Source of the DNA: Acidobacteriota bacterium
Lineage (GTDB): Bacteria; Acidobacteriota; Blastocatellia; RBC074
Assembly (NCBI GenBank): GCA_037439425.1
Contig: JBBIWA010000021.1
Location: forward strand, 842 to 64,841
Reading direction: 5' to 3'
Length of the DNA: 64,000 nucleotides
This document shows, one piece after another, positions 19,475 through 28,960 of the stretch. Below the pieces are notes generated by a model. The model searched no databases and was not told where the DNA came from. It worked only from the letters and a program-made list of their open reading frames with translations. Position 1 is the stretch's first letter, and each line of letters starts with the position of its first letter. A program made the translations under genes and the position numbers.

Positions 19475-22400
19475 CTAGAACTGCAGCCGTGTCATCCACT
19501 GCAACAGACGCGGGAAGCCGCCCACCTGGTTGATCCGACCGAAATCGGCGCGCCCAAACCGGATCTGAGGTCCGAGGAAGTTCGGGTCGTCGAAGGCATT
19601 GATCAGCTCAGCTCTAAACTGCAGGGTGAACTTTTCACTGAGCCGCTGGTTCTTCTGCAAGGCGATGTCCCAGTTCTTCTTGAACGGCGTGCGGACGCGC
19701 GTGTCAGTGCGTGGCGCGTTGCCGAAGGTGAAGGGAGCTGCCTCTCTCCACGCTGCCGGGTTGAACCAGTTATTCAACCGGTCTTCGGTCTTGCCCGAGG
19801 TCTTAGGATTCACTCCTGGGACGAGATTCGGGCGCTGAGAGCTGCCGAAGAGTCCCGAATTATTGTTGTTCTGGACAATGGCCGCAGGGAACCCACTCTG
19901 GTAGCTCCCGATAGCTGACACCTGCCAGCCGCCGAGGAGAACATCCACCAGACCGCCTTGATTCAACCATCGCCTGCCTTTGCCAAACGGCAGTTCGACC
20001 ACGCCGCTGATGTTCAGCCGGTGCGGAGTCTCAAGCAGCGAGTGGGCAAACTCCCCCTTCCTCAAATCGAAGTTGTTGAGCGCCGACGCGACGTTGTTGG
20101 CAAAGAAGTTCGCCTCGCCGAACAGATTGTCTTTGTTGACGCTGTAAGTGTAGTTGATATTGGCGCCCCAACCGCGAACGATCCGGCGTTGGAACTTCAG
20201 CACCAAGGCGTTGTAGCGGGCAAACCCTTCGCTCACCTGATGCGCGAAGACATTGCCGAATTGCGGATAGGGACGCAGCAGTTGACCTCGCGCAATCTCC
20301 CTCAGCCGGCTGAATGCGCCAAACGCCGGGTTGCCAAACATCGGGTTCGGGACTCTTTCGAGCAACTGCGAACCGAGCGAGAAGTGGCGGGGATCAAGCT
20401 GGTTGATGTTGACCACCTGCGAATTCGTCCCACCGACCGAAAGGCGCTCCGACCGCGCGCCCACATAGCCGACTGAGACGACGATCTGGCTTGGCAGCTC
20501 GTACTGCAAATCCGCCGAGTACTGATGCACGTAAGCTGACTTGCGGAACTGATCCACAAAGTGGACATCACCGCCGGCCCCGGTGAGCAGGCCCAGCTTG
20601 CTGCCCACAGGCTGCTCGATGCCGTTGGGGAAGGGATTGGTCAGTGTGCAGGTCGGGCACGGCGTCAATCCGCCATCGGCACTTGCGAAGTAGGTTGTTA
20701 CTGCGGTGAAGCCGCGCGTCCCCATCCGATTCTCGTTCGGAAAGGCGTATTGGTTCGGCGCGTAGAAGATACCGTAACCGCCCCGGAGCACCATCTTTTG
20801 ATTGATCGTCCAGGCCAATCCGATGCGTGGCGCGAACTTGGTCTTCGACGGATCACTCTGGTGCGTCGGAGCGCCATCCACTCCGGCGTAGAGCAGCCCA
20901 CCTTTCAAATTCAACCCAGGCACTTGCACCGGGAAGGGTTTGTCGCGGGAGAAGCCGACCGTGAGCCGGTTCTCGCGCTCTTGCAAGCCTTGCTCGAACT
21001 CATAACGCAGTCCCAGATTCAGCGTCACGTTCGGCGACACACGCCAGTCGTCGTGGACATAGCCCGCGTAGTAGTTGATGAAGAAGTCATTCGGCGTGCC
21101 AACAGTGATGTCGCCACTGGCCGGAAAACCGAGCAGGAAACTCGCCAGCGAGTGTTGCAGGGCGGTGGCGCCGGTAAGCGGATCCGGCCCCCTGGTGAAT
21201 CCACCATCAAAGTTGAAGCGCCCGCTCGGCTGTCCGCGTGCAAACAGCTTCATCCCGATGATGCGGAATTCGCCACCGGCCTTGATCGTGTGGCGGCCTA
21301 GCAGCTTCGACATGCCTCCGTTGACGTTATGCCCGTAGTAGGTCGTGAACTGCGGACTGCGATCGCCGAAGGTAGCGAAGTTGGGAGTGCCATAGCCAGC
21401 AATATTGAAGACCGGGAACTTCTTGAAGGGAATGGCGCTGATGAAGCTTTGCGCAAAGCCGAGCGTAGCCGGATCGAACTCGATCGGAATGTCGTCGTCA
21501 TCAAACATCGTGTAGCCGTAGCGGAAGTTATAGACCGTGTTATTGCTCGTCGTCAGGATGTTGTTGATGGCGACGACGTGCACCGTGCGAAAGAGCGCAC
21601 CTTCGGCAGGATCAGCCGGATTCTCGCCTGGCTTCTTCCCATAGAAGCGCGACTCCGGTTCCACCGAATTGTACCAGGCGTACATCCCGGTAGTAGTTAA
21701 CTTGCTCGACCAGCGATGCTCAAGCTTACCCGTCGCCTGATCTGCCCTGTCAACCAGTTCAGCAGTCCTGGAGGTGCCGGAAGGGAATTTCGGGAAGAAC
21801 TTGCTGACCGCTACAGCGACCGGGTTGAGCCGGTTGGCCGGGATTCTGTTGCCTGGGAACGGATCGCGGATGAACTTGCCAGGGTTGTTAGGATCAGGCC
21901 GCGTGGTCAGCGGATCGTAAATGGTGACCCCGCTTTGTGAGAAATCGCCTTGTAGCTCGCGCTCGGTCGGCAGAGTCACTATCGCGTTACGCGAGGTCTT
22001 GGTCCGGTAACCTTCAGTCGTCGCCCAGAAGAAGGTGCGATCCCGAAAGATCCGCCCACCGAAAGAGCCACCATAGAGATGGTAGTAGGTGTCCGGTCTG
22101 GGCGCGCAGGGACGACCAGCGCTCCGGGCGGCCTCACAAGCGCGTTTGTCGAAGAAGAAGCGTGACTGAGCAAACGCTGGACGATTCTGATAAAGCGCGC
22201 TGCCGTGCCAATCGTTGCCCCCGATCTTGCCGGTAGCGTTGAAAACACCACCGCCTGTGCGGCCCATCTCTGCGTCATAGGTACTGACCTGCACCTTGAC
22301 CTCTTCCACCGACTCGATATTCGGGATGAAGACGGTGCGGTTGCGCATATCAGTGATCGGAACGCCATCGAGCGTATAGTTATTGGCGCGCCGCGGCCCA

Positions 22401-23020
22401 CCACCTAGGCTGAGCAACGTCGAGTTAGTTTGATCTTGTTGCCGGACAAACTGTGGGTCGCCTGACGGAACAACGTTAGGCGTGATGATCGAGAGGAAGA
22501 AGACATTGCGCGCCGGAGTAGGCAGTGTCTCAAGCGTTTGCTTGTCAAGAGTCGAAGCGACCGACGGATTGGAATTTTCCAGAATCGGCGCTTCGCCTGT
22601 GATCGTAATGGTCTCGGTAGTCTGCCCCACCTCAAGCGCCACGTCTAGCGTGATAAAATCCTGCACGCCAATGCGGATGCCCTTGCTCTCGTACTTTTTG
22701 TAGCCGCTCTTGACCGCCGTCAGCGTGTAGGTGCCGGGCAGCACATTGGCGAAGGAATATTCGCCCTCACTGTTGGTGACGGTAGTGCGGGTAGTGTTGG
22801 TCGCTTCATTGATCAGCGTCATCTCAACACCGGGGACGACTGCTGCTGTCGCATCGCGGACCGCGCCGCGCAAACCGCCTTGATAGTTTTGTCCATAGGC
22901 CGTCACAGCGAAAGCGCTCATCACCCCCAACAAACAGCCACATACGAAAAACCAGCGCCAGACTCTAGGGCTTTCGAGCCGGAACAGTTTTGGGTCAGTC
23001 AAACTGCTCTTGGTTCGCAT
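19475..23020 (-). CDS. TonB-dependent receptor with N-terminal carboxypeptidase-regulatory-like domain
   Basis: It is 1181 aa with a signal peptide. The CarboxypepD_reg-like region reads GAVRDATAAVVPGVEMTLINEATN..TNSEGEYSFANVLPGTYTL. A plug/barrel follows, and the protein ends with a C-terminal aromatic residue (..RLQF). Confidence 0.85.
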   Translation of the reverse strand: MRTKSSLTDPKLFRLESPRVWRWFFVCGCLLGVMSAFAVTAYGQNYQGGLRGAVRDATAAVVPGVEMTLINEATNTTRTTVTNSEGEYSFANVLPGTYTLTAVKSGYKKYESKGIRIGVQDFITLDVALEVGQTTETITITGEAPILENSNPSVASTLDKQTLETLPTPARNVFFLSIITPNVVPSGDPQFVRQQDQTNSTLLSLGGGPRRANNYTLDGVPITDMRNRTVFIPNIESVEEVKVQVSTYDAEMGRTGGGVFNATGKIGGNDWHGSALYQNRPAFAQSRFFFDKRACEAARSAGRPCAPRPDTYYHLYGGSFGGRIFRDRTFFWATTEGYRTKTSRNAIVTLPTERELQGDFSQSGVTIYDPLTTRPDPNNPGKFIRDPFPGNRIPANRLNPVAVAVSKFFPKFPSGTSRTAELVDRADQATGKLEHRWSSKLTTTGMYAWYNSVEPESRFYGKKPGENPADPAEGALFRTVHVVAINNILTTSNNTVYNFRYGYTMFDDDDIPIEFDPATLGFAQSFISAIPFKKFPVFNIAGYGTPNFATFGDRSPQFTTYYGHNVNGGMSKLLGRHTIKAGGEFRIIGMKLFARGQPSGRFNFDGGFTRGPDPLTGATALQHSLASFLLGFPASGDITVGTPNDFFINYYAGYVHDDWRVSPNVTLNLGLRYEFEQGLQERENRLTVGFSRDKPFPVQVPGLNLKGGLLYAGVDGAPTHQSDPSKTKFAPRIGLAWTINQKMVLRGGYGIFYAPNQYAFPNENRMGTRGFTAVTTYFASADGGLTPCPTCTLTNPFPNGIEQPVGSKLGLLTGAGGDVHFVDQFRKSAYVHQYSADLQYELPSQIVVSVGYVGARSERLSVGGTNSQVVNINQLDPRHFSLGSQLLERVPNPMFGNPAFGAFSRLREIARGQLLRPYPQFGNVFAHQVSEGFARYNALVLKFQRRIVRGWGANINYTYSVNKDNLFGEANFFANNVASALNNFDLRKGEFAHSLLETPHRLNISGVVELPFGKGRRWLNQGGLVDVLLGGWQVSAIGSYQSGFPAAIVQNNNNSGLFGSSQRPNLVPGVNPKTSGKTEDRLNNWFNPAAWREAAPFTFGNAPRTDTRVRTPFKKNWDIALQKNQRLSEKFTLQFRAELINAFDDPNFLGPQIRFGRADFGRINQVGGFPRLLQWMTRLQF

Positions 23021-23767
23021 AGTTCTCTCCTTTCAACGTGATGTTGCTTGTGATCAACCGAGGTGGTGGCCTATCTCTCACTAAAGATGCACCCTACTGC
23101 TTTTGCCTGCTAAGCGATCTCAAGGATCAGACCCACTGAGGATAGGCTAGAGAAGCTTCCTGTGAGTAACAGCAAGCTCTCTGCTCCATCGTGGAGTAAA
23201 GCAACAGCAAAAAGCGAGAAATGGCGTGCAGGTGATGAAGAACTATCAGCCACCTCTCCTCAAAGATGGCTGAGCCGAAATACCGAAACCCAATCTGCTG
23301 GCTGCCCGTATTAAGCTAAAGCGTAACTGGGCCTGCCGAGCAGCTTGAGTTAAGTTGCTCAGCGCTCTGTTACCAGTTGAGCCAGTGGGCGCAAGTGCTT
23401 TCCCAGGGCAGCCACGCCCCTGGCTCTTCACTCAGCGACAATAATCCTTGACGGACTACTATCCCCAGCAAGCCCTCACAGTGTCGGGTTAAACTAACGT
23501 TTCAGGTTACTACAGCAGAGGTTGCCAAAACTCTGCGATCGCGGAATGCCAAGTAAGAAACTATTAAGACGACACAAAGTGTCGCACAATCTTCGATTTT
23601 TGTAAATTCAATTTGTGACGAAGTCGCAAGCAGGCTGGCCAGTTCAGCACCCGGTCTATTGCGCTTTCCCGCTCAGTTGCTAGTCCTACCCAGATCCATC
23701 CCTTATCAGCCGAGCCGGGAGCTTAAGAGCAAAAAAAATGCAAAGCTGCTGCAATCTATTCCCGATA

Positions 23768-24124
23768 ATGTCTAATCAAGGCGACATCTTCTGGGTTGAC
23801 CTCGGCGAACCCGGGGGCTCAGAACCTGGATACACCCATCCGAGTGTGGTTATCCAGAATAATATGTTCAATCACAGCCGTATCAACACGGTCATCGTAT
23901 CTAGCCTCACCTCCAATCTCAAGCGAGCCAACCTACCAGGTAGCGTTTTGCTTGGGCCGTGGGAGGCTAACCTACCCAAGCAGAACGTTGTCGTCGTATC
24001 ACAGGTCTTCACAGTAGATAAGGCCCAACTGCGCGACTATATTGGCACATTGTCAAAGAAACGTGTGCGCCAAATTTTGGACGGTTTCAAACTGATAACC
24101 GAGCCGCGCGAGTCGCCACGATAA
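23768..24124 (+). CDS. PemK/MazF-family type II toxin (mRNA interferase)
   Basis: The sequence GDIFWVDLGEPGGSEPGYTHPSVVIQNN..NTVIVSSLTSN......VVSQVFTVDK..L...IGTLS is a typical MazF/PemK fold signature. The start may be 23738 or 23768. Confidence 0.8.
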   Translation: MSNQGDIFWVDLGEPGGSEPGYTHPSVVIQNNMFNHSRINTVIVSSLTSNLKRANLPGSVLLGPWEANLPKQNVVVVSQVFTVDKAQLRDYIGTLSKKRVRQILDGFKLITEPRESPR

Positions 24125-24236
24125 TCAGATCGTCGTGATGAACAGAGGCAATCAAACCACTCAGGATAAGGGTAGATGAAAGCGAAAGCGACGGGATGTC
24201 ACTCACCGCCGGACGGCTTGAAAAGGTTCTGAAGAT

Positions 24237-25685
24237 TCATCCTCCGGACTCAAACCTCCAAACTCTGGCGAGCTGCTCCCGTTGAACCAGCCAGAGACAG
24301 CCAAGATAGACCAATCCGCCCACCACCACCGCGTCCCACAGTCCCCAATCGCGCGCCTGCCACACAGCGAAAGTCATGACAGCCAGCGGCCAGCAACAGG
24401 CAGTGATCACCTGCCAAAGGTTGAGGCGGAAGAGACGATAGCTGGCGTAACCGACATCAACGGCGGCCAACAAAAACATCGAAATCAACTGTGCGGCGGC
24501 TGCTCCGGTCGCTTGATAGGGCGGCACTAAAATCAGATTGAGAGCCAAACAGAAGACCACGGCCACCACATTGCCGGCCAGATCAATGCGCTGATGCCCG
24601 GTCGCGATCAGGCCTCTCACGATGATGATGACCCAGCCGAAAGGAACGAGGCTCATCGCCAGGAGAGCCAGCACAGGAGCTGCACCGATATAGCCTTCAC
24701 CGAAGATGAGGCCTAACAGGTCACGCGCCAGCAGCGTCGCCCCAACTGCAAAGGGTAGAGTCAGCGCCGCCGCGATCCTCAAACTGCCAGAAAGGAAAGC
24801 TCCGAGCCGCTTCAGTGACACGGCTGCCAGCCTGGCTACCACGGGCTGAATCACGGCGGCATAACTCGGCAACAAGATGACCAGAGGCAACAAAAATCGT
24901 GAGGCCACGCCATAATCTGCGGCTGCCGCTTCGCCGCTGATCTTTCCAACCAGCAAGGGAGCCGCCTGCCAGTGGATGGCTGCCAGGATCGCCACACCAG
25001 CAAAGGTGGGACTCTTGGAAGCGATTTCGCGCATCAAGTGCCACTTGGCCGAAGTCAGGGCTGGTAGGTGGTGGCCTGCTGCCACGGCATAGATGGCGCA
25101 GCCCGTCGCTCGCATGGCGACATAAGACAAACAAATCCAGACCAAGCCGGCCCCCCGGTACAAGAGCAGCAACGGCAGCACCGTGCGCAGAAGATTCTCT
25201 CCCGTCGTGGCCAGACCGATGACTTTCACCCTCTCACAGGCAGTGAAGGCAGCTTCAGCTACACTGATCGGCCCTGTCAGCACGATAGCTAAACTCATGA
25301 TCGCGGTCGCCCGCCATACTTCTGGTGAGTCGCCCACCAGGTATCCGGTCAAGCACATCGCACAAGCGCAAAGGACCGACCACGAAAACAGGAAAGCGGC
25401 TGCGCTCGCTACAAAAACCCGAGGTGAATGATCATCTGTGATCCGGCGAGCAATCTCATTACTCAGATAGGGACCGAGGCCGAGCGAACAGATCGTCATG
25501 AAGATCAGATAGATACTCATCACGACGGTGAACCGCCCCAGCTCTTCCGCCTCTCGCCAGTGCGCCATCATGACCCAGAGCAGCACGCTACTGGCAATAT
25601 TGACCGAGCCAGACCATACCATCCAGAGGGTGTTTTTGACCAGCCTGGAGGATTGACTTTTTAACCCTTTCACTACTTGGCCCAC
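24237..25685 (-). CDS. Polysaccharide flippase (MOP/Wzx family)
   Basis: It is 482 aa with ~12-14 TM segments and a basic N-terminus (LVKNTLWMVWSGSVNIASSVLLWV). It sits in a polysaccharide-locus context. Confidence 0.7.
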   Translation of the reverse strand: MGQVVKGLKSQSSRLVKNTLWMVWSGSVNIASSVLLWVMMAHWREAEELGRFTVVMSIYLIFMTICSLGLGPYLSNEIARRITDDHSPRVFVASAAAFLFSWSVLCACAMCLTGYLVGDSPEVWRATAIMSLAIVLTGPISVAEAAFTACERVKVIGLATTGENLLRTVLPLLLLYRGAGLVWICLSYVAMRATGCAIYAVAAGHHLPALTSAKWHLMREIASKSPTFAGVAILAAIHWQAAPLLVGKISGEAAAADYGVASRFLLPLVILLPSYAAVIQPVVARLAAVSLKRLGAFLSGSLRIAAALTLPFAVGATLLARDLLGLIFGEGYIGAAPVLALLAMSLVPFGWVIIIVRGLIATGHQRIDLAGNVVAVVFCLALNLILVPPYQATGAAAAQLISMFLLAAVDVGYASYRLFRLNLWQVITACCWPLAVMTFAVWQARDWGLWDAVVVGGLVYLGCLWLVQREQLARVWRFESGG

Positions 25686-25688
25686 CCT

Positions 25689-27287
25689 TCACTCCTTCTG
25701 GGCAAAATGTTGATGGACACGGCTGACGGCGATGAGCAACCCGCAAAAGAGCAAACATAACCTCATGGCCCCGCTGCCGAAGGAGCCGAGTTCCTTCATT
25801 CCAGTCCAGAGAAAAGCCAACAAACCGCAGATCAATCCGATGGCCAAGGCACGCAGAAATGGGTCATTGCTTGACAGGACCTCCTTCCCCTTCTGGAAGG
25901 CAATCGCCACCAGGAGCAGAAAACACAAGGTCGCCGGAATGCCCGCTTCAGCAGCCATGTGGAGAAAGATGTTATGAACCGGCCAATCAAACCCTTGACT
26001 GACAAATTCAGGCGTTTCGTCATATCGCCCCATCTCGGCTTCATAACTGCCCAGACCCACTCCGAGCATCGGATTGTCTTTGATCATCTCCCAGGCTACC
26101 TGCATCAACGGAAGGCGAACGTAAGCTGCGCCCCTATCATCTTCAGTCAATCGAGCATAGATCGAGTCTGCCAAAGGCAGCAGCGCCACACCTATCATCA
26201 CGGCCAGCCCTGCAACCCTCAATGCAAAACGTCCGCGCTTCTCCACTGGCAGCACCCAGTAACACAAAACCAGCATTAACAACGTCGAGATGGTGAAGGC
26301 CACCCAACTGCCCCGTGCATAAGTAAGGACCAAAGAGACAATGGCTAGCCCGGAAGAGACGAAAAAAAGCGCACGCTCTCGCCAGCGAAATTCTTCGACT
26401 CGCAAAATGAGCAGGGAGATGATTACGGGTGCGAAAGTAACCAGATACCAGGCGAAGGCGTTCGGCTTTTCCAATAAGGCGTTGATGCGAGAAAGTTCGC
26501 TTTCGCCGACGATGTTCTTGGCCTCAGGCGCGCCTGACCCTAGAATCGCCAGGTTTGTGAACAGCCCGAACCAATATTGGCACAGCCCGATGATGCCATT
26601 CAGTGCGACCGCCGCTGCTATCAAGACAACAGCGCTTCGTAACGCCTCTCGCTTACTAAAGTGAGCCGCTACCACGAAGCACATCAGGAAGGATGAAGCT
26701 AAGGCGAAGAGGGCATAGAACCCCAGCCAGCCTTCAGCTCCGTAAACGATCGAAAGGGCGCAGCCCGTGAAGGTGCCGGCGAGCGCCAAGGCAAAATTCG
26801 GAGGGAAGACAGCTTCTCGTCTACCTCCCTGCCGCTGCTCGAGAAAATGGGCGACAAACAGCACTACGCTCAAAATCAACATCAGGGAGATAGTAAGTCC
26901 TGGCGGATCGTTGTGTGGTGTAGGGACAGGAAAGAGATTTTTTTCGAGACGGAAAGAGAAGCTGGCCAGCAAAGCCAGACGCAAGATGGGAATCATAGGC
27001 AGCCGCATTGTTCCCCAGGCAATAGCGCTCAGGGAGCCTACTGCCAGAATGATGGAGATCACGGCGGTCAGCGTTGGCCCACTGGCCACAAACGCTATTC
27101 CCGCTCCAATTGCGAGAGCGAGCAACAAACATATTGCTGACCCCCACCTCTCAGGAGAAGCACAACGAGGTGCCTTCAGGTGACGGCTCTCGCCAGATAA
27201 GCACTTGAAGCTATGCGCTGTCTTCGGTCTCACTGCCTGCTTGGCCTCGCTCCTGTCCCGCGGAGCACGGCAGGTGTCGTCTCGCAT
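25689..27287 (-). CDS. O-antigen ligase/polymerase-like (Wzy_C-type) membrane protein
   Basis: It is polytopic and contains ..LTYARGSWVAFTISTLLMLVL.., which resembles the Wzy_C core, plus a large periplasmic loop. The true start is uncertain; the first ~45 codons are hydrophilic and may not be translated. Confidence 0.65.
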   Translation of the reverse strand: MRDDTCRAPRDRSEAKQAVRPKTAHSFKCLSGESRHLKAPRCASPERWGSAICLLLALAIGAGIAFVASGPTLTAVISIILAVGSLSAIAWGTMRLPMIPILRLALLASFSFRLEKNLFPVPTPHNDPPGLTISLMLILSVVLFVAHFLEQRQGGRREAVFPPNFALALAGTFTGCALSIVYGAEGWLGFYALFALASSFLMCFVVAAHFSKREALRSAVVLIAAAVALNGIIGLCQYWFGLFTNLAILGSGAPEAKNIVGESELSRINALLEKPNAFAWYLVTFAPVIISLLILRVEEFRWRERALFFVSSGLAIVSLVLTYARGSWVAFTISTLLMLVLCYWVLPVEKRGRFALRVAGLAVMIGVALLPLADSIYARLTEDDRGAAYVRLPLMQVAWEMIKDNPMLGVGLGSYEAEMGRYDETPEFVSQGFDWPVHNIFLHMAAEAGIPATLCFLLLVAIAFQKGKEVLSSNDPFLRALAIGLICGLLAFLWTGMKELGSFGSGAMRLCLLFCGLLIAVSRVHQHFAQKE

Positions 27288-27449
27288 GATCTTCCGCGCG
27301 CATTATCCACCAAAAAGTGTTGTTGACCTGTTGCGACCAGATAATTAAATCAATGCTGCTCGGAAGGTCAGGAGCATTCCTGATCACAGCTCTACTGCGC
27401 GCGGGCAAATTTGAAGTGCTCATCTCCTCCCACCTCGCACGAGCTATCT

Positions 27450-27589
27450 GGGGTGCAATTAAAATTGGGACTAAACCGCAGCAGCTCACCCTCACGAGCG
27501 CACGCTTGCCAGCGTGCCTGATTTGTGTACTCCCGCAGCAAGCAAGACGCGTGCGCTCGTGAGAGTGAGCCCCACTTTTAATTGCACCC
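27450..27589. repeat. 140-nt long-stem hairpin (copy C of the palindromic repeat family)
   Basis: GGGTGCAATTAAAATTGGGACT..CTCACCCTCACGAGCGCACGC (27450-27504) pairs with GCGTGCGCTCGTGAGAGTGAGCCCCACTTTTAATTGCACCC (27549-27589). About 40 bp pair, with one 12-nt bulge. Confidence 0.8.
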
Positions 27590-27850
27590 AGCGATCTGAG
27601 TACTCCCTTCCACGGTTGCCCAGTCGGGATCCGTTGCTTAAAATATGGGAGCTTAAGAGCAGTAATCTTTGAAGCAGGTCTTGGCAGCAGCAGTAAGGTC
27701 TCTGATCCCTGAAGAGGTGGGGGCGTCAAGCCTTTTCAGAGCCTGATGAAGACGCGCTTCGGAGCGAGCAGAGAGCGAGATTGGAACAAGCCTGCGGTCC
27801 CCTTCCGCAAAGCTAACGCACAAGCCGCATCTTAAAAAGGGTGTATCACC

Positions 27851-28960
27851 GTGAAATCACATCCGCTTTTCAAGCACCTTGCTATCATTGGGGTCTTAGT
27901 TATCCTTCTAGCCTGGCCGCCATCTGCTGCGAATTGCGAATTGCGAAATGCAAAATTAAATTCGCAATCCGCAATCCGAAATTCGCAATCCCAAAGCGGC
28001 ACTCCGAACATTGAGCAGTACGGAGAGACCATCAGGATTTCCACCGATATGGTGCAGGTGGCTTTCGCCGTGGTCGATTCTCAGAATCGCCTGGTGAGAG
28101 ATTTACGCCAATCTGAAGTTCAGCTTTTTGAAGATGGCAAGCTGCAAAAGCTGGAACTGTTCAGGCAAAGCACCGGCTTACCGATGGTCCTCGCGGTTTT
28201 GATCGACCTAAGCGCCAGCCAAGAAGCTGTGCTCAATTACGAAAAGAATGCCATCGCTGTCTTCCTGGATTCCTATTTTCGGCCAGGCATTGATTACTGC
28301 GCGCTGCTCACCTTTCAATGGAAACTAGCGCTCTCGACCGGGCTCACCAATAATGTCAAGCAGCTCAAATCCTCTTTGCGGGCGATTGAGCGCGAACAGA
28401 CTTTCCGCGATGAGGAAGGCGGGGTGCCGCTGCTGGGCACGGCGCTTTATGACGCGCTCATCAACACAGCACGCGAAATTCTGACCGGGAAGACGGCGCG
28501 GCTCATTACCGGTGAAGAGGAGCTTGCAGCAGCGCGTGCCTCTGAGGACCAAGCGCAGCGAAAAGCCATTCGCCGAGCGGTGATCGTGTTGACCGATGGG
28601 GTGGATACCGCCAGCCAAGCGAGCCTCGAAGACGTGATCCGTCTTTATCAACGTTATGGGATCTCAATTTATGCGCTGGGGATCGGAGACCTTTCACGCA
28701 ACCGCCAGGTCAATGAACGAGTGCTGGATCGTTTGACAGCAGAGACCGGCGGGATGGTGTTTTATCCCCGCCACGAGCAAGAGATCGAAAGAAGTTTTCA
28801 GGGAGTGGTCGAAGCCCTGAGCAGTTTGTATTTGGTCGCTTATTACCCGACCGATGCACCCGAAGAGAGGCGTTTTCGCCGGATTGAAGTCAAGCTCCCA
28901 GCACGACCCGGTCTTCGCGTTATCCATCGGGTTGGTTATGAAGTAGGGGAAAAGCAATGA
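27851..28960 (+). CDS. von Willebrand factor A domain protein (acidobacterial VWFA-type), second paralogue
   Basis: The MIDAS motif is AVLIDLSASQ, with ..VIVLTDGVDTAS.. downstream. The C-terminus reads LTAETGGMVFYP..LSSLYLVAYYP..RFRRIEVKL. It has a GTG start with a signal-like N-terminus. Confidence 0.8.
   Translation: MKSHPLFKHLAIIGVLVILLAWPPSAANCELRNAKLNSQSAIRNSQSQSGTPNIEQYGETIRISTDMVQVAFAVVDSQNRLVRDLRQSEVQLFEDGKLQKLELFRQSTGLPMVLAVLIDLSASQEAVLNYEKNAIAVFLDSYFRPGIDYCALLTFQWKLALSTGLTNNVKQLKSSLRAIEREQTFRDEEGGVPLLGTALYDALINTAREILTGKTARLITGEEELAAARASEDQAQRKAIRRAVIVLTDGVDTASQASLEDVIRLYQRYGISIYALGIGDLSRNRQVNERVLDRLTAETGGMVFYPRHEQEIERSFQGVVEALSSLYLVAYYPTDAPEERRFRRIEVKLPARPGLRVIHRVGYEVGEKQ
27929..27991. 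repeat. AT-rich palindromic short-repeat cluster inside the vWA CDS
   Basis: The sequence is GCGAATTGCGAATTGCGAAATGCAAAATTAAATTCGCAATCCGCAATCCGAAATTCGCAATCC. It encodes the low-complexity peptide CELRNAKLNSQSAIRNSQSQ just after the signal peptide. Confidence 0.7.

Noticed and set aside
23021-23440. Possible cobalamin riboswitch in the long leader of the TonB-dependent receptor gene. The minus strand contains AGCCAGGGG.., GGGAAAGC, CACTGG and CAACTGGTAA.
   Set aside because: The pieces are in the wrong order relative to the cobalamin riboswitch consensus, where the B12 box lies at the 3' side. There is no convincing B12 box. Only a covariance-model search could revive the idea.
23717-23731. 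15-nt identity GGGAGCTTAAGAGCA shared with 27647-27661, both upstream of plus-strand genes.
   Set aside because: A handful of 15-mer coincidences are expected by chance in 64 kb when both strands are considered, and the flanking sequence shows no further similarity.
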